NCBI GenBank assembly: GCA_035084275.1
Contig: CM068748.1
Coordinates: 3,224,001 to 3,288,000 of the forward strand
Length of the DNA: 64,000 bases
Direction: 5' to 3'
Origin: Hydrolagus colliei
Lineage: Eukaryota
The notes beneath the pieces were generated by a model that was not told where the DNA came from, made no database searches, and was given only the letters and a program-made list of their open reading frames with translations. A program made the position numbers and the translations under genes. Below, piece by piece: positions 61,651 through 64,000 of the stretch. How positions within the stretch are numbered: position 1 is the first letter of the stretch; each line of letters opens with the position of its first letter.

Positions 61651-63108
61651 ACTAACAATAATCCTTACGTTTGATATAATAGCTTATCAGGCGACACTTT
61701 GTAAAGTGGATTGACTGTGTATTGTGAACAAAATGGGAATGCTCGCTTGCTCTCTCGGTATTTTGAACTGTTATCACATCACACTCATAGTGTTTGTAAG
61801 TGGAGTCCAGGTATTTTTGCACAAAGTAAACTTGGAGGAGAAAGTCACGATACATCAACGTGATTCATAGACGAAAGACATGCACTAAGCCGCAGAGCAA
61901 GATTGTTTGAACACGATTCACAGTATAAAAGGACGCATTTAAAAAAAATCAGCTCCTCTATTAGTGTCTAGGTTTACTTCACTAACTGTACTGAAGGATA
62001 AATATGCTATCTTTCCTATGTACAGTACAGTATCTTTATTTTCCATCAACTTGACCTTACATAGAGACTCACCCAGCCATCACATCAAACCTAGCTTTCT
62101 CTTTCAAATACTGATCTATCTCCTGGGGATTTTGACGTAGGCTTTTTAGTGAGACCAAAATAATGTACCGCGCAGAAAAAAAAATTGTTGCATGGTTAGA
62201 ATTTGTTGAAAGAATAACTGTGACTTACAGTAAGTAGTTATTGATATCTGGCCCATGGAGAGCTATGCATGAAGAACAGGCTGAAAATGATTTTCACACA
62301 AAGTGGCATTTTAAACATCTAAGGGTATCTAAGGAATAGAAAAGTTGTAATCTTTCGAGGTTCGGTAACAAGGGAAAATAGAAGACTTAAATAATGCAAT
62401 TCTGTACATGGTTAACACAAATATGTATTTAGACACATACAGTACAATACAATGAAAGCACATCCATATACAATAACACACATGTAATCACTCTGTTAAA
62501 GTTAAAGGAAAAATATGTTTAATTACATTGATAGAATTTAAATATAATATTATTGTACTTGTTTGTTTTTAAGTTTCTTTAACAATTAATACTGCATCTA
62601 GAAGATGATAAATGTCTATTCGTAAATTAATCAAAGAACGGAAGTGATAATAGGAAAATAAACTCAAGCAGTTCAGATTTCTTAAGCAACCAAAAAATTA
62701 CAAAAGCAAAAAAGCAAGAGCAAAAAAATTACATTTGTATAGTGCCTTTCACATCGGGACGCTATCCCAAGGCACTGGACAGTCTTTCGTACCCGAACTG
62801 GGGTCAGGATCGGGGAAGGTGGAGGGAAGTGGGGGGAAGGGCGGGTGACCGATGGCACCCTTGAGAATGAAGCTCAAAGGTTTTCTTTTCTTGGAGAATA
62901 TTGTCATGAGAGTCCCTCAAGAGATGCACTTTTCTTTTGGAATATCTACAGCAGTGCTACTTTTAACCATAAATAAAAGCTAACTCATTTGCTGATGTTC
63001 CTGGATGAAAGATATTTTTCCTGATGATGTTAAAACAAACATTTGTGGTTATTATGATGCCAGATTAGAAAGTGGAAGATTTTCTCTACACTTGTCAAGT
63101 GCATCAAC

Positions 63109-63397
63109 CTAATAATAATAATCCTTGCATTTGATATAGTGCTTTTCACGTCTTCTAGATGTCTCAAAGTGCTTCGCAGAATGTACTATAATGTAAATTG
63201 ACTGTATATTTGTGGGCCAAACGCAGCAGCCAATTGCACACAGCAGTGTTCCACAAACAGTTGTGGATTGAAATGAGGGAGTATTATTAGGCGTGTGGAG
63301 TAAGGAAACTTGCCCAAGGTTTCACCCTGCGTAGATTTGAACACAGAATCTCATGCTTGTAAGGCGAGTGCTCTAACCACTGTCCTACAGGACTCCA
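63109..63397 (-). mobile_element. tRNA-derived SINE, full length
   Basis: Head, body and tail as in the other copies. Confidence 0.88.
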
Positions 63398-63909
63398 ACA
63401 TGATGCTGTGACACAGGACACAGGTTATGTGTAGTTCAAACCATCTATTGGTGATGTGTGCCAGCTATTACCATCTGTACTATCATTGTTAAATTGTTCC
63501 TTGAGATGTTTTTGTCACATGAAAGGCACTCTATAAATGTGAATTATTATCACTGTTTTGTGTTCTTGCTGCAGAAATCGACAGGGTACATTTAACATCA
63601 GTTTGTTGGTTGCAAATAGTCATGATGCCTGTGGCACTTGACAGTGGAATGGCTAAAGACTGTTTGTACAGTACTATTACATAGCCACAACCCGAGTGTA
63701 TCAGCCTATAAGCAAGCACATTTATGAGTGGGCATATGAGCTGCAAAGGAGTGGTCCCAGTTTGGTCCCAGTCTCTCACGATGGAACCATAGTCTCTTGG
63801 TGGTTGTGGTACTGGCGGCGGCAGGGGTGGTGGGGGTGCGGGGAACAAGGTGGGTTTTGGAGTGTAAAACATATTTTTCAAACAACAAGCGTTTATCCAA
63901 AAATAACAA

Positions 63910-64000
63910 TAATAAATCGGTCATTTCAATCCATGACTGTTTGTGGGACACTGCTGTGTGTGTTTGGCTGCCATGTTTCGCCCACAAGTATAGTCAATTC
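63910..64000 (+). mobile_element. tRNA-SINE body, runs off the window end
   Basis: GGTCATTTCAATCCATGACTGTTTGTGGGACACTGCTGTG... Confidence 0.8.

Overview
This is eukaryotic, intron-containing vertebrate DNA, not prokaryotic. Reading GT-AG exons in phase gives five genes in the order known from human 10q26.2. They are EDRF1 (+, 5' end upstream of the window), MMP21 (-), UROS (-), BCCIP (+, head-to-head with UROS across a CpG-island promoter) and DHX32 (-, tail-to-tail with BCCIP). Introns are short and full of repeats: an abundant tRNA-derived SINE with an L2-type tail, older Deu-domain SINEs, L2 and CR1 LINE 3' ends, Tc1/mariner-pogo and hAT non-autonomous elements, and three minisatellites around the UROS/BCCIP promoter. 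The repeat types and compact introns suggest a cartilaginous fish, possibly a holocephalan (inference only). I see no evidence for a wholly new multi-gene system. The best leads are a DEAQ-box, CaaX-terminated DHX32 with degenerate catalytic motifs, a minisatellite-carrying hAT element abutting BCCIP exon 2, an internally deleted Tigger that keeps an open DNA-binding-domain ORF, inverted SINE pairs, and a promoter minisatellite with RSS-like spacing. Most long ORFs in the supplied track (39.9-43.4 kb) are low-complexity artefacts. Repeat boundaries without TIR/TSD support are approximate.
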